Shown here in pieces: positions 54,737 to 64,000 of a DNA stretch of 64,000 nucleotides. The DNA comes from an uncultured Verrucomicrobiae bacterium. Its GTDB lineage: Bacteria; Verrucomicrobiota; Verrucomicrobiia; Chthoniobacterales; UBA10450. A model generated the notes under the pieces. The model was not told the origin of the DNA and did not search any database. It saw nothing but the letters and a program-made list of their open reading frames with translations. The first letter of the stretch is position 1; every line of letters begins with the position of its first letter. Made by a program: the position numbers and the translations under genes. The stretch is from positions 288,001-352,000 of the forward strand of contig CAWDGJ010000003.1 of assembly GCA_963801815.1 (NCBI GenBank). Direction: 5' to 3'.

Positions 54737-56593
54737 TCACTCCACGGTTACGCTTTTTGCGAGGTTGCGTGGTTTATCGACATCACGGCCAAGCTCGACG
54801 GCGAGATGATAGGCGAGCAATTGCAACGGAATTACGGTCAACACGGGGCTCAGGCAATCGATTGTGTCCGGGACTTCAATGATGTCCGCGGCCAGATCTT
54901 TCAAGTGTTTCGCGCCGTTGCCGGAAGTAATAGCGATGATGGGGCCTTTGCGAGCCTTTATCTGTTCCATATTGTTGACGTTCTTTGAAAACACCGCGTC
55001 GTCGGGCACAATGAAGATTGACGGCAAGTCCGGCCTGACGAGCGCAATGATTCCGTGCTTGAGTTCGGCGCTGGGATGGCCTTCGGCGAAGAGATAAGTG
55101 ATCTCCTTCAACTTGAGTGCGCCTTCCAGTGCGATTGGATAATTAAATTGCCGGCCGAAAAACAACATCCCGGTAACATCGACATACTTCTTCGCGAGCG
55201 ATTTTATCTGATCGCTCAGCTGGAGAACCTGCTCGATTTGTCCTGGCAACGCTTCCAACGCATCGATCATTCGTTTCCCTTGGGCGGACGAGAGTTGCCG
55301 CATGCGGCCGAGAAGAAGGCCGATCAAGTTTAGAATGATCAATTGTGACGTAAATGATTTCGTGGCGGCCACGCCGATCTCGGGGCCAGCGTGCATGTAA
55401 ACACCGCCGTCGCTTTCGCGGGCGATCGTACTGGCGACGTTGTTGCAAATCCCGAGTGTGCGATAGCCCTTGCGCTTGCTTTCGCGCAACGCACCGAGTG
55501 TATCGGCGGTTTCACCGCTTTGGCTAATCGCGAAGACGAGCGTGTGCTCGGTCGGCGGCGTATTTCGGTGCCGGTACTCGCTCGCAAAATCGACATCGAC
55601 CGGAATATTTGCGAGCTGCTCTATGAGATATTCGCCGACGCGCGCGGCGTGCAACGCAGTTCCACAGCCGGTAAGAACGATGCGCGCAACATCGCGCAAC
55701 TCTGCCGGATACATGTTCAAGCCGCCGAGTTTTGCCGTGCACTCTTCATAATTCAGCCTACCGCGCATCGCGTCACGCACCGTGTCCGGCTGTTCGCAGA
55801 TCTCCTTGAGCATGTAGTGCGGGTAATCGCCCTTTTTTATGTCCTCCGCAGTGAACTCTACCTTGCTGACGGCGTGCTCACCGACTGCGCCGTCGATTGA
55901 ACTGATGTCGAAGTTTTCGCGGTCGAACGAAACGAGATCGAAATCGTTCAGGTAAACAACGTCGCGAGTGTGAGCGACGATCGCGCTTACGTCGCTGGCC
56001 AGGAAATTTTCATCCTTGCCGACGCCAAGGACTAGCGGGCTGCCGCGGCGTGCACCCACGATGAAATCAGGAATGTCCGCGTGAATGAGCGCGATGCCGT
56101 AGGTGCCGATGACCTGCTTCAACGCAGCCCGGGTGGCGTTGACCAGCCGCGCTCTCGAATCTTTACCGTCGAGCTTTCGGTAAATGTTGCCGATCAGATG
56201 TGCCAATACTTCGGTGTCCGTATCCGATCGAAAGTTTGCGTCGCCATCCCGGACCAGTTGTTCTTTGAGCGCCTGATAATTTTCGATAACGCCGTTATGA
56301 ACGAGAGCGATTTTGCCGCTGGCGTCGAAATGTGGATGGGCGTTTTCATCGTTAACTTTTCCATGCGTTGCCCAGCGCGTATGACTGATCCCATACGAGC
56401 CTGCCGCCGGTTTTTTAGAGATTAATTCCGCCAGTGAAGCAATTCTGCCGGCGCACTTGCGAGTTTCCACATGATCGCCGTCAACGATCGCAACGCCGGC
56501 CGAATCGTAACCGCGGTATTCAAGCCGGCGCAACCCGTCGAGTAAAATGGGTGCAGCTTGCGACCGACCGACGTAACCGACAATTCCACACAT
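54737..56593 (-). CDS. glmS: Glutamine--fructose-6-phosphate aminotransferase
   Basis: MCGIVG start, LEYRGYDSAG, HTRWATHG, HNGVIENY, SQSGETADT, EGALKLKE, PRNLAKSVTVE. Confidence 0.98.
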   Translation of the reverse strand: MCGIVGYVGRSQAAPILLDGLRRLEYRGYDSAGVAIVDGDHVETRKCAGRIASLAELISKKPAAGSYGISHTRWATHGKVNDENAHPHFDASGKIALVHNGVIENYQALKEQLVRDGDANFRSDTDTEVLAHLIGNIYRKLDGKDSRARLVNATRAALKQVIGTYGIALIHADIPDFIVGARRGSPLVLGVGKDENFLASDVSAIVAHTRDVVYLNDFDLVSFDRENFDISSIDGAVGEHAVSKVEFTAEDIKKGDYPHYMLKEICEQPDTVRDAMRGRLNYEECTAKLGGLNMYPAELRDVARIVLTGCGTALHAARVGEYLIEQLANIPVDVDFASEYRHRNTPPTEHTLVFAISQSGETADTLGALRESKRKGYRTLGICNNVASTIARESDGGVYMHAGPEIGVAATKSFTSQLIILNLIGLLLGRMRQLSSAQGKRMIDALEALPGQIEQVLQLSDQIKSLAKKYVDVTGMLFFGRQFNYPIALEGALKLKEITYLFAEGHPSAELKHGIIALVRPDLPSIFIVPDDAVFSKNVNNMEQIKARKGPIIAITSGNGAKHLKDLAADIIEVPDTIDCLSPVLTVIPLQLLAYHLAVELGRDVDKPRNLAKSVTVE

Positions 56594-56729
56594 GGCTAGG
56601 GCTGCAAGGTTACTGTCTGAACGAATTTCGAGCAAACCTTGCAAAATGGTTGCCGGAAGGCGAAGACCCTGAGTTATTGGAGCAGTGGAAACGGACAAGC
56701 TCACGCGCCGCGGTTTTCCGCTTTCGCCG

Positions 56730-58025
56730 ATGGGGGCGCTCGCGCTTCCGCCCGGTACCACGCAGCGAACGCTTGCCATCATCATGGGTGGTGGCGCCGG
56801 CACGCGTTTATTTCCATTAACCAAGGACCGGTCCAAACCCGCTGTGCCGCTCGGCGGAAAATATCGCATCGTCGATATTCCGATCAGCAATTGCCTGAAC
56901 TCCGGGCTGCGCTCGATCTATGTGTTGACGCAATTCAACAGCATGTCACTGCACCGACATATTCAAGCGAGCTACAAGTTCGACAATTTTTCGCGAAGCT
57001 TTATCGAGATTCTCGCCGCCCAACAGACACCCGAAGGCGCGCAATGGTACCAAGGCACCGCGGACGCCGTGCGCCAGAACATGCGCTATTTCCTCGAGCG
57101 ACCGTTCGATTATTTTCTCATCCTAAGCGGTGATCAACTTTACCGGATGGATTTTCGGACGCTGCTGCATCAACACATTCAAACCGGGGCCGAGATCACG
57201 CTGGCCACTAAACCCGTGACGCGTGACCAGGTCGCACAATTTGGAATCATGCAATGCGGAATCGATCGGCGGATTACACGGTTTGTCGAAAAACCGAAAG
57301 ATGAAGGTCTACTCGCCGGCATGGAAATGAGTGCGGAGCTGATTGATGCGACTAAGTCGCCACATAATGGCGAGCTCTATCAGGCCTCGATGGGAATTTA
57401 TCTGTTCAATCGCGAAATCTTGGTGCGTTGTTTGGACAACGATCTGGTTGATTTCGGCCGCGACGTAATTCCGAATTCGATCAAGGACCGTAATGTGAGC
57501 GCGTTCATCTTTAACGGTTATTGGGAAGACATCGGAACAATCCGGGCTTTTTACGAAGCTAATCTCGACCTGACCAATATCGTGCCGGAATACAGTTTCT
57601 TCGAAGCCGATAGACCGATTTACACGCATCCGCGATTTTTGCCGGGCAGTAAAGTTAACGGTGCAACTTTGCGACAAGCTCTGATTTCCGACGGTTGCAT
57701 CATCTCCGACGCTCATATCGAGCGCAGTGTTATCGGCATTCGCAGTTTCATCGAAAGTGGAGCTACGATTCGCAACAGTGTTATCATGGGTGCCGATTAC
57801 TTCGAGGAAGATCGGCAGTCCAGCAGCGACCTGCCGCCTATCGGGATAGGGCGCAATTGCGTGATTGACCGTGCGATTATCGACAAGAACGCGCGGATTG
57901 CCGATGGCGTGGTGATTACACCGGAAGGAAAAGCAGCGAATCTCGATGCGGAAAATTACTTCATTCGGGACGGCATCGTGGTTGTGCCGAAGAACGCGGT
58001 TATCCCAGCCGGCTTTTGGATCTGA
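56730..58025 (+). CDS. glgC: Glucose-1-phosphate adenylyltransferase
   Basis: GGGAGTRLFPLT..RSKPAVP, WYQGTADAV, LSGDQLYRMD, FVEKP, SMGIY, YWEDIGT; start could be GTG 56685. Confidence 0.97.
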   Translation: MGALALPPGTTQRTLAIIMGGGAGTRLFPLTKDRSKPAVPLGGKYRIVDIPISNCLNSGLRSIYVLTQFNSMSLHRHIQASYKFDNFSRSFIEILAAQQTPEGAQWYQGTADAVRQNMRYFLERPFDYFLILSGDQLYRMDFRTLLHQHIQTGAEITLATKPVTRDQVAQFGIMQCGIDRRITRFVEKPKDEGLLAGMEMSAELIDATKSPHNGELYQASMGIYLFNREILVRCLDNDLVDFGRDVIPNSIKDRNVSAFIFNGYWEDIGTIRAFYEANLDLTNIVPEYSFFEADRPIYTHPRFLPGSKVNGATLRQALISDGCIISDAHIERSVIGIRSFIESGATIRNSVIMGADYFEEDRQSSSDLPPIGIGRNCVIDRAIIDKNARIADGVVITPEGKAANLDAENYFIRDGIVVVPKNAVIPAGFWI

Positions 58026-58036
58026 TCAGGCCGCGC

Positions 58037-58246
58037 TTAGCGGTGATCAGTCATGTTGGCGAACTGATCACCGGTCTCCCATTTTTCCTGCTTATTCCAA
58101 GGCATGGCGCCTTCTGGTTTTGCATCCGGATCCTTGACCAGGGCGACCTGGTCTTTTTGTGATGCACAAGAAATCAGGGTTCCCGCTGCCGCGAGTAACA
58201 AAAGACTCGCGATCGGCCGCCGCAATTTACGAATTTGAACCAGCAT
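58037..58246 (-). CDS. Small lipoprotein
   Basis: MLVQIRKLRRPIASLLLLAAAGTLISC lipobox; mature part has MPWNKQEKWE. Confidence 0.7.
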   Translation of the reverse strand: MLVQIRKLRRPIASLLLLAAAGTLISCASQKDQVALVKDPDAKPEGAMPWNKQEKWETGDQFANMTDHR

Positions 58247-59042
58247 AAATAACGATATCTCCCGGTTGCACCTGGACACCACGCGCCAGCGTGCTGGTGA
58301 TGATATCGCCGATAGCGGTGGCCGGTTCAACTGAAGAAATGCGGATTTTTGCGATAAAGGTGCCGTCTCGCACAATCAGCATTTCAGAGTATGGCTCGAC
58401 CCCATTGCGGCCACCGAGATTGAGCACGACAAAGTTGTAGGCCTGGTTGACGGCGAGGATCTTACCGCGGACACCAACCTTTCCGTGAGCAATCGCGCGC
58501 CGCTTCTTTTCCTCTTCAAGCTGTGAAGCACGCTCTCGAACAGCCGCCATTTTTTCAGCGAGGAGACTTTTCTCGTGCTCGGCGTTATCGAGCTGCTGCC
58601 GGGCATCATCTAACTGGGCTTGCAATTCAACATTCGATGGCGCGCCCGGGTTTGCGGAGGCCGGTTGCTTTTCCTCGATTTGCTTTTGTAACTCAGCAAT
58701 ATCAGCCTCTTTATCCTGAAGCTTGGCTTCAACCTGTTTCTTTTCGTTCAAAAATTGCTTGAGCTGCTCCTCAGAGGCGAGCGTTTTACTTTCGCGCTCG
58801 CTGAGTTTCGCCTGCCGAGCGGCGATGGCCGATTCGCGGGCCATAAGCTCATTTTCTTTTGTTACACAGTATCGCTCAGCGACTTCGCGGGCAGCGACCG
58901 CTTCTGCGGCGGTTGAGCGCAGCGATCTAATTTTAGGGAGACTTAGCACGCCAAAAACCGCTGCGAACGCGAGTAGCAAAAGGGATCCACCAATCAGCCT
59001 TCTCGGAGTGGCGGGAAACGTCTGGGGCAAGGGGGGTCGCAC
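58227..59042 (-). CDS. Membrane-anchored coiled-coil protein with C-terminal beta domain
   Basis: TM LIGGSLLLLAFAAVFGVL, long heptad region, GKILAVNQAYNFVVLNLG...VQPGDIV; GTG 59042 chosen as start. Confidence 0.75.
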   Translation of the reverse strand: MRPPLPQTFPATPRRLIGGSLLLLAFAAVFGVLSLPKIRSLRSTAAEAVAAREVAERYCVTKENELMARESAIAARQAKLSERESKTLASEEQLKQFLNEKKQVEAKLQDKEADIAELQKQIEEKQPASANPGAPSNVELQAQLDDARQQLDNAEHEKSLLAEKMAAVRERASQLEEEKKRRAIAHGKVGVRGKILAVNQAYNFVVLNLGGRNGVEPYSEMLIVRDGTFIAKIRISSVEPATAIGDIITSTLARGVQVQPGDIVIYAGSNS

Positions 59043-59109
59043 CGTCCAATTGTTTAATTCCTGGGAGCGGACAAATGCAATCTCGATTTTGTTATTTGCT
59101 GTCGGCAGC

Positions 59110-59145
59110 TTGCGCCGTTTACTCTTTCTGCCTATAAGAAAAGCA
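59110..59145 (+). promoter_or_regulatory. Sigma70-type promoter with leaderless geometry
   Basis: TTGCGC-17 nt-TATAAG-6 nt-ATG 59145. Confidence 0.6.
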
Positions 59146-59282
59146 TGGGCCAGCAGCACCGAGTTCGATCCAAACGCAAGCGCCGTAAAGCGTACTTGAA
59201 ACGAAAGAAAACCTCGATGCGCTCGAAACAGCGCGAATCCCCGCGGTCGCGAAGCCGGAAGGAAGCAGCCCCGGCACACTAG
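59145..59282 (+). CDS. 45-aa highly basic small protein
   Basis: MGQQHRVRSKRKRRKAYLKRKKTSMRSKQRESPRSRSRKEAAPAH*; 19 K/R of 45; own promoter; below the ORF-track cutoff. Confidence 0.75.
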   Translation: MGQQHRVRSKRKRRKAYLKRKKTSMRSKQRESPRSRSRKEAAPAH

Positions 59283-59338
59283 CGTTCGTTCCCACGATCT
59301 GCGTTAGTTCGCGGCTCGACATGAGCTAGAATAATTGC

Positions 59339-59743
59339 GTGCGCGCGCGTTATCTCATCGTAGATGGGCACAGCATCATTTTTGCATGGCCGGAATTACG
59401 AAAACTTCACGACCGTCGGCCGCACGTCGCGCGTGAGGTCTTAATCAAGAAATTGCGCGATTACCAGGATTGGAGCGACGAAAACGTCGTTGCGGTTTTC
59501 GATGGCCAGGGTCAGCAGGTGAGCGAAACAGCCGATCCACACGATCTTCAAATCTTTTACGCGCGGCGCGGTCAGTCGGCGGACACAATCATCGAGAGGC
59601 TGGCCTGCAAGTACGCGGAGCGATTCGATGTCACGGTTGCGACGTCGGACTTGTTGGAAATGGAAACGGTAAATGCGTGCGGCGGTGCCTGCATTTTACC
59701 CGAAGATTTACGCGAACGGCTTAAAACGGCGCGAAGGCACTGA
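59339..59743 (+). CDS. NYN domain (YacP/Rae1-like) ribonuclease
   Basis: YLIVDGHSII, VFDG, SADTIIERL, VATSD acidic PIN/NYN motifs. Confidence 0.88.
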   Translation: MRARYLIVDGHSIIFAWPELRKLHDRRPHVAREVLIKKLRDYQDWSDENVVAVFDGQGQQVSETADPHDLQIFYARRGQSADTIIERLACKYAERFDVTVATSDLLEMETVNACGGACILPEDLRERLKTARRH

Positions 59744-60187
59744 TCAAGCTACGCTGGCTAATGCCGGTTGCTGGCTGTTTGACGCGGCCCTCTTGCGTTG
59801 CTGACAGGTCGCGAGCACGCGCGCGAGCACGCAATAAAGCTGTTCGATCGGAAGGTTTTTACTCACGTAACCATTCGCGCCGGCGTGGAGGGCGGCGTGC
59901 ATTTGCTCCTCGTCATAGCCAACCCCAGTAAAGACGACAATCGGCAGCGCAGGATTCATTTCGCGCATAAACGATATGAGCGAGATTCCGTCCACTTTCG
60001 GCATTTTGAGGTCAACAATCGCGACCTCGCAATCGTGTTCAGAGAGCCACGAGGCCGTTTGAAATCCATCGGTCAGGGCATGGCAGGTGTGACCGCGTTG
60101 GCGAAGATACGTAACGAGGAACTTAGCGATGCCGGGGTCATCGTCGATGATGAGGAACTGGGAATATTCGCGTTTTAACGGGCTCAT
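59744..60187 (-). CDS. Single-domain response regulator
   Basis: LIIDDD, VDLKMPKVDG, FTG, GANGYVSK. Confidence 0.88.
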   Translation of the reverse strand: MSPLKREYSQFLIIDDDPGIAKFLVTYLRQRGHTCHALTDGFQTASWLSEHDCEVAIVDLKMPKVDGISLISFMREMNPALPIVVFTGVGYDEEQMHAALHAGANGYVSKNLPIEQLYCVLARVLATCQQRKRAASNSQQPALASVA

Positions 60188-60292
60188 GGTTATAATTTCT
60201 ATAACCACTAAAGCACCTCCCTTGCCAAATGCCTGCCAACTGGTCATTTCTCCACTGGCCCGCACCGCCCCAAGCCGTTGCCGCGCCCGTGC

Positions 60293-61309
60293 TTACAGCC
60301 CAAGCCTCTTTTCGATTGCCCTTATTCGATCGAAAAGTTTACCCAAACGATGGATCAACGCGATCTGCCGCTTCGCCTCTGGCAAAGGGACTGCCGGAGA
60401 ACCGAACCACGCGCCACCGGGAAGGTCTTTGGAAATACCGCTTTGAGCGGCAATGATCGTATTGTCGTCGATGGTGAGATGACCGATTACCCCGACCTGT
60501 CCGGCCATCTTCACATTCTCACCGATGCGTGTGCTCCCAGAAATTCCGGTCTGCGCCGCGATGATGGAATTTTTTCCAACGATCACGTTATGAGCAATCT
60601 GAACGAGGTTATCGATCTTTACACCTTCCTGGATCCACGTTCGTCCGAATCGAGCTCGGTCAATCGTCGTGTTGGCGCCAATCTCTACTTCGTCATCGAT
60701 TTGGACGATGCCGATTTGTGGAATTTTTTTGTAGCGGCCGTCAATCAATTCAAATCCAAAACCGTCCGCGCCGATAATCGCGCCACTGTGAACGACGACC
60801 CGCGCGCCGATCCGCGTTCGTTCGCGAATAGTCACGTTAGGGTAGATTACACACGACGTGCCGATCACGGATTCGTGTCCAATGTAGCTGCCCGCTCCGA
60901 TGACGGTTTTGTCGCCGATGGTTGCGTTTGGCTCGACGACAGCATGAGGTTGAATCGAGACCCCGCGTCCGAGTTTCGCAGTTGGATCGACGACCGCGCT
61001 GGGATGGACTCCGGACGCGAACTCGACCGGCGTCGGCGCAAGTTTTAGCACCACTTTCTCGAAAGCCTTCGACGGACTGGCCACGCGAATTTGGGCAGCA
61101 GCCGTTTGCTCGGAAAAATCGTTCGTTACAAATATCGCCGAGGCGCGAGTTTTACGGAGCCGTTCCAGGTAACGCGGATCAGCATAAAATGTGACCTCAC
61201 CCGGAACAGCCTCGGAAAGGGACGCGGCTCCGGTGATTTCTTCAGTCGGATCGCCGCCGCGCAATTCTCCACCTGAGAAGATCGCGAGCTCCTGGAGCGT
61301 GAACGTCAC
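60293..61309 (-). CDS. lpxD: UDP-3-O-acylglucosamine N-acyltransferase
   Basis: Hexapeptide repeats, IGADGFGF, KIPQIG, EIGANTTIDRA, KIDNLVQIAHNV. Confidence 0.97.
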   Translation of the reverse strand: MTFTLQELAIFSGGELRGGDPTEEITGAASLSEAVPGEVTFYADPRYLERLRKTRASAIFVTNDFSEQTAAAQIRVASPSKAFEKVVLKLAPTPVEFASGVHPSAVVDPTAKLGRGVSIQPHAVVEPNATIGDKTVIGAGSYIGHESVIGTSCVIYPNVTIRERTRIGARVVVHSGAIIGADGFGFELIDGRYKKIPQIGIVQIDDEVEIGANTTIDRARFGRTWIQEGVKIDNLVQIAHNVIVGKNSIIAAQTGISGSTRIGENVKMAGQVGVIGHLTIDDNTIIAAQSGISKDLPGGAWFGSPAVPLPEAKRQIALIHRLGKLFDRIRAIEKRLGL

Positions 61310-61382
61310 GTTTTCTTTCTAAATTCTAGAGGCGCTTGTGCCAAGCGCTACTGGCACGGTCATTAAATTGGCAATAGTCGGC

Positions 61383-62285
61383 TTAAGTATTCGATGCGTC
61401 GAAAATACTCTGTATGGATTTATCGAGCACGGCGTTAAACTCAGCATCAGATTGCTGGGCCGTCAGCGCTTCAACTAGCGCGCGGGAAAAGCTGGCGACT
61501 ACGCCATGCTGTCTGCGCAGACGATTGTTTGCTTCTTCTCGCGAATAGCCGCCGGAAAGGGCAACCACCCTTACAACCTTGGGATGTTTGACAAAGTCGG
61601 CGTAAAAGTCGTCCTGTTCCGGCAGCGTAAGCTTGAGCATAACGAACTGACCGGCTGGCAATTCGTTGAGCTTTTCAAGAATGGCTGTTTTGAGTAACTG
61701 CTCGGCTTTCGCCTTTTCCGGGCAGCGAATATCAACTTCGGGCTCGAGGATCGGCACGAAATCTGCCGAGATAATCTGTTCACCAATTTCGAACTGCTGG
61801 ATCGCGATCGCCTTGATCCCTGCTTCGTCGGCTTGTTTGATAACTGAACGCATCTTGGTTCCGAAGATGCGTTTCGCCCTGGCTTTATCGAGGAGCGCGC
61901 CCAACGCCGGCATGGGCTTCATCAACTGAACGCCGTCTTTCTCAGCGGCAAGGCCTTGATCCACTTTTAAAAATGGTACGACCCGTTTCACGTTCCAAAG
62001 ATAGTCCGCGGTGGGTTGCCCTTCGATTTCCCTATCCATCGTGTTCTCGAACAGAATGGCACCGATAATTCGTTTCCCCGTGAAAGCGGGACTAGTCATG
62101 ATACGGGTCCGCATCTGATGCACGATGGTGAACATCTCTTCATCGCTGGACCACGTATTCTCTTGAATCCCATAAAGACGCAGGGCTTTCGGCGTGCTGC
62201 CGCCGCTTTGATCCAGCGCCGCAACAAAACCCGGACTGGTCTTAATTTTTTGCAATTGTTCTTCGTTAACAGCGATAGATTTCAT
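61383..62285 (-). CDS. fda: Class I fructose-bisphosphate aldolase (bacterial Fda type)
   Basis: [56 protein letters not shown]. Confidence 0.93.
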   Translation of the reverse strand: MKSIAVNEEQLQKIKTSPGFVAALDQSGGSTPKALRLYGIQENTWSSDEEMFTIVHQMRTRIMTSPAFTGKRIIGAILFENTMDREIEGQPTADYLWNVKRVVPFLKVDQGLAAEKDGVQLMKPMPALGALLDKARAKRIFGTKMRSVIKQADEAGIKAIAIQQFEIGEQIISADFVPILEPEVDIRCPEKAKAEQLLKTAILEKLNELPAGQFVMLKLTLPEQDDFYADFVKHPKVVRVVALSGGYSREEANNRLRRQHGVVASFSRALVEALTAQQSDAEFNAVLDKSIQSIFDASNT

Positions 62286-62426
62286 GATGTCTCCTTCAAT
62301 TGCCGAAGGTAATTAGTTTAATCAAGTTATTGGTGCCGTCCCGATGGCGAACTTCTTGTAACCGATTTGGATTTCGGTTGGCCGAAGCCTCAAATCGCGA
62401 GAGGCAAATCGCAACTCGAAAATTTC

Positions 62427-64000
62427 CTACTCGGTATTTCCGCCGCTGGTTGGCAACACCACACTGACCAGGGTCCCCTTGGACGTCGAATCGACTTCAA
62501 CCCGGCCATGATGGTCAAACACTGTTCGCTTGACGATTGGCAAGCCTAGGCCCATTCCCCGGGGCTTCGTGGTGCAGAACGGCGAGAAAATTTTCTCTTT
62601 AATTTCGGGTGCGATCCCTCGGCCATTGTCTCGAACCGTTACAACGACCCCGGCGGCTTGCCGGCCTTCCCGGACCGGCTTAGCGGAAAGCAGAATTCGC
62701 GGCTTGGTCCGATCGACACTGGCTTCGGCTGCGTTGGCTACCAGGTGAGCGAAGGCCTCCGCCAGGGCGGTTTCGTCCCCAAGTACGCGCGGCAGATCGT
62801 GAGGCAACGATGTTTCGATCTCCACCTTGCCGTTGACCCCAAAGCGGCCACGAGCGATTTCCAATCCTTTCTTCACCGGCGCGCGAACGTCGATCGACTT
62901 CAACACGAGTTCCGGCGGATGCGCGAAGTTGTTGATTTGGGTGATAATTTTGTCCAGTCGATCGATCTCCTGGACGACGATCTTGTTGAATTCCTTGCGA
63001 AACTCGGGGTCATCAAAGCGCTCGGGGAGCAGTTGAGCGAAAGTCTTGATCGCGACAAGTGGATTACGAATTTCATGGGACATGCTCGCAGCCAGATCGG
63101 TCCAAAATACTGCGCGATCGACCAAGGCCTGTTTTTCCCGCAGCGTTTCTTGGGCCGTAAGGTCATTGATGACCGCAACGGCCCCGAGGGCGGACCCGTT
63201 GCTCGCAAGACGCAATGCTTCGACCGATAGAGACCGTCGATTATTACTGTCGATCCAATGTTGTGTCGGCGGCGGCGCTTTAGATTCGAGTGCTTCGCGG
63301 AGCAAACCGGCAAGCTTATTGTTGATTCTTTCAATTGGTTGGTTGACCACTTCGGCGCTGGAAAAGCCAAGCATTTTTTCCGCGCGTGGGTTGAACCATC
63401 GAACCGTAGCATCGGTGTCGACGGCAACAATTCCCGGCGGAATGGATTTCAGCAGCGTTTCGGCCAATGTTTTTTCCATCGCCGCTTCCCCGTAAAGGAG
63501 AGCATTTTCTAAAATCGTCGACACGTGCTCGGATAGCAGCGTCAATTCTTCGAGATCGCGGTCATCGAAAGGTTGCCCGGTCACGCGATGTCCGAAAAAG
63601 ATCCAACCGATGATGCCGTCACGAGCATGGAGTGGCACGATGACTTCCGCGCCGAAGGTCTCGAGTGCCCGCCGCATCATGGCTCGCTGGTGCTGACCTT
63701 GCGCTTGAAAAAGATGTATGCGCGAAATCAAATGTGCATTTAGCTGAAACCAGCGCACTAACGCATCGCGATCGGCGACTTCCAGTTGGCTTGTCTCCGG
63801 CAAACAACGAAGACCCGCCACGAGGCGGTATGGCTCGCCTTTGCGAGTCCGCAAGAAAAGTCCAACCCGGCTTACCCCGGCGGCGTCGGCGACGGCTTCG
63901 ACGATCGCGGTGACTAGCGCGTTCATGTCGTCCAAGCGGCGAAGCACGCGCGGGAAGCGCAGGAGTGGCAGCGTCCTTCCGGAATCCATTGTCGACCGCA
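62427..64000 (-). CDS. GAF-PAS sensor histidine kinase (frame open to the window end)
   Basis: GAF-like region, PAS (GIVAVD..N..AEKML), SHEIRNPL H-box, NAAEA, DNGRGI, PFCTTK..GMGLGL. Confidence 0.92.
   Translation of the reverse strand, partial: RSTMDSGRTLPLLRFPRVLRRLDDMNALVTAIVEAVADAAGVSRVGLFLRTRKGEPYRLVAGLRCLPETSQLEVADRDALVRWFQLNAHLISRIHLFQAQGQHQRAMMRRALETFGAEVIVPLHARDGIIGWIFFGHRVTGQPFDDRDLEELTLLSEHVSTILENALLYGEAAMEKTLAETLLKSIPPGIVAVDTDATVRWFNPRAEKMLGFSSAEVVNQPIERINNKLAGLLREALESKAPPPTQHWIDSNNRRSLSVEALRLASNGSALGAVAVINDLTAQETLREKQALVDRAVFWTDLAASMSHEIRNPLVAIKTFAQLLPERFDDPEFRKEFNKIVVQEIDRLDKIITQINNFAHPPELVLKSIDVRAPVKKGLEIARGRFGVNGKVEIETSLPHDLPRVLGDETALAEAFAHLVANAAEASVDRTKPRILLSAKPVREGRQAAGVVVTVRDNGRGIAPEIKEKIFSPFCTTKPRGMGLGLPIVKRTVFDHHGRVEVDSTSKGTLVSVVLPTSGGNTE

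Noticed and set aside
56594..56729. glmS ribozyme upstream of glmS
   Set aside because: The short divergent gap is shared with glgC and shows no recognisable ribozyme core. The upstream extension of the 717-aa ORF is glgC antisense.
61332..61358. Overlapping palindromes between fda and lpxD (GCGCTTG-TGC-CAAGCGC)
   Set aside because: Short GC stem without a U-tract; cannot distinguish terminator, operator or chance.

Overview
A gene-dense stretch of core bacterial chromosome. Gene content (standalone SWIB protein, tandem PilB/GspE paralogs, RodZ-RimO-FtsK cluster, plant/cyanobacterial-type GlgC) suggests Verrucomicrobiota, probably Chthoniobacterales-like; this is inference, not a search result. 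It holds about 67 CDS: LPS/lipid A genes, panC/nadB/panB/folK, aroA-cmk-plsC, grpE-dnaJ, rsmE, yraN-rnhB-rplS, trxA, rimO, ftsK, queE, trpA, dapFAB, type IV pilus/T2SS genes, glmS, glgC, lpxD, aldolase and several signalling proteins. There is one tRNA-Arg(CCG). No integrase, transposase, phage block or CRISPR array was seen. The most striking unexplained structure is a set of short repeat elements. (i) About 12 arrays of 6-, 7- or 8-bp tandem units, most built as [array]-spacer-[reverse-complement array], fill intergenic gaps and often supply stop or start codons. (ii) There are two GTAG-type REP doublets. (iii) A 30-bp palindromic element occurs twice. Several elements sit in frame inside genes: a pseudopilin leader, the RimO N-terminus, a glycosyltransferase linker, and possibly TrpA and WaaF. 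Other points: an MBL/beta-CASP nuclease-ATP DNA ligase fusion, an LpxL-WaaF fusion, a 45-aa very basic protein missed by the ORF track next to a YacP/Rae1-like nuclease, recurring leaderless promoter geometry, and indel frameshifts in rplS, rnhB and a PP2C gene that are probably assembly errors.
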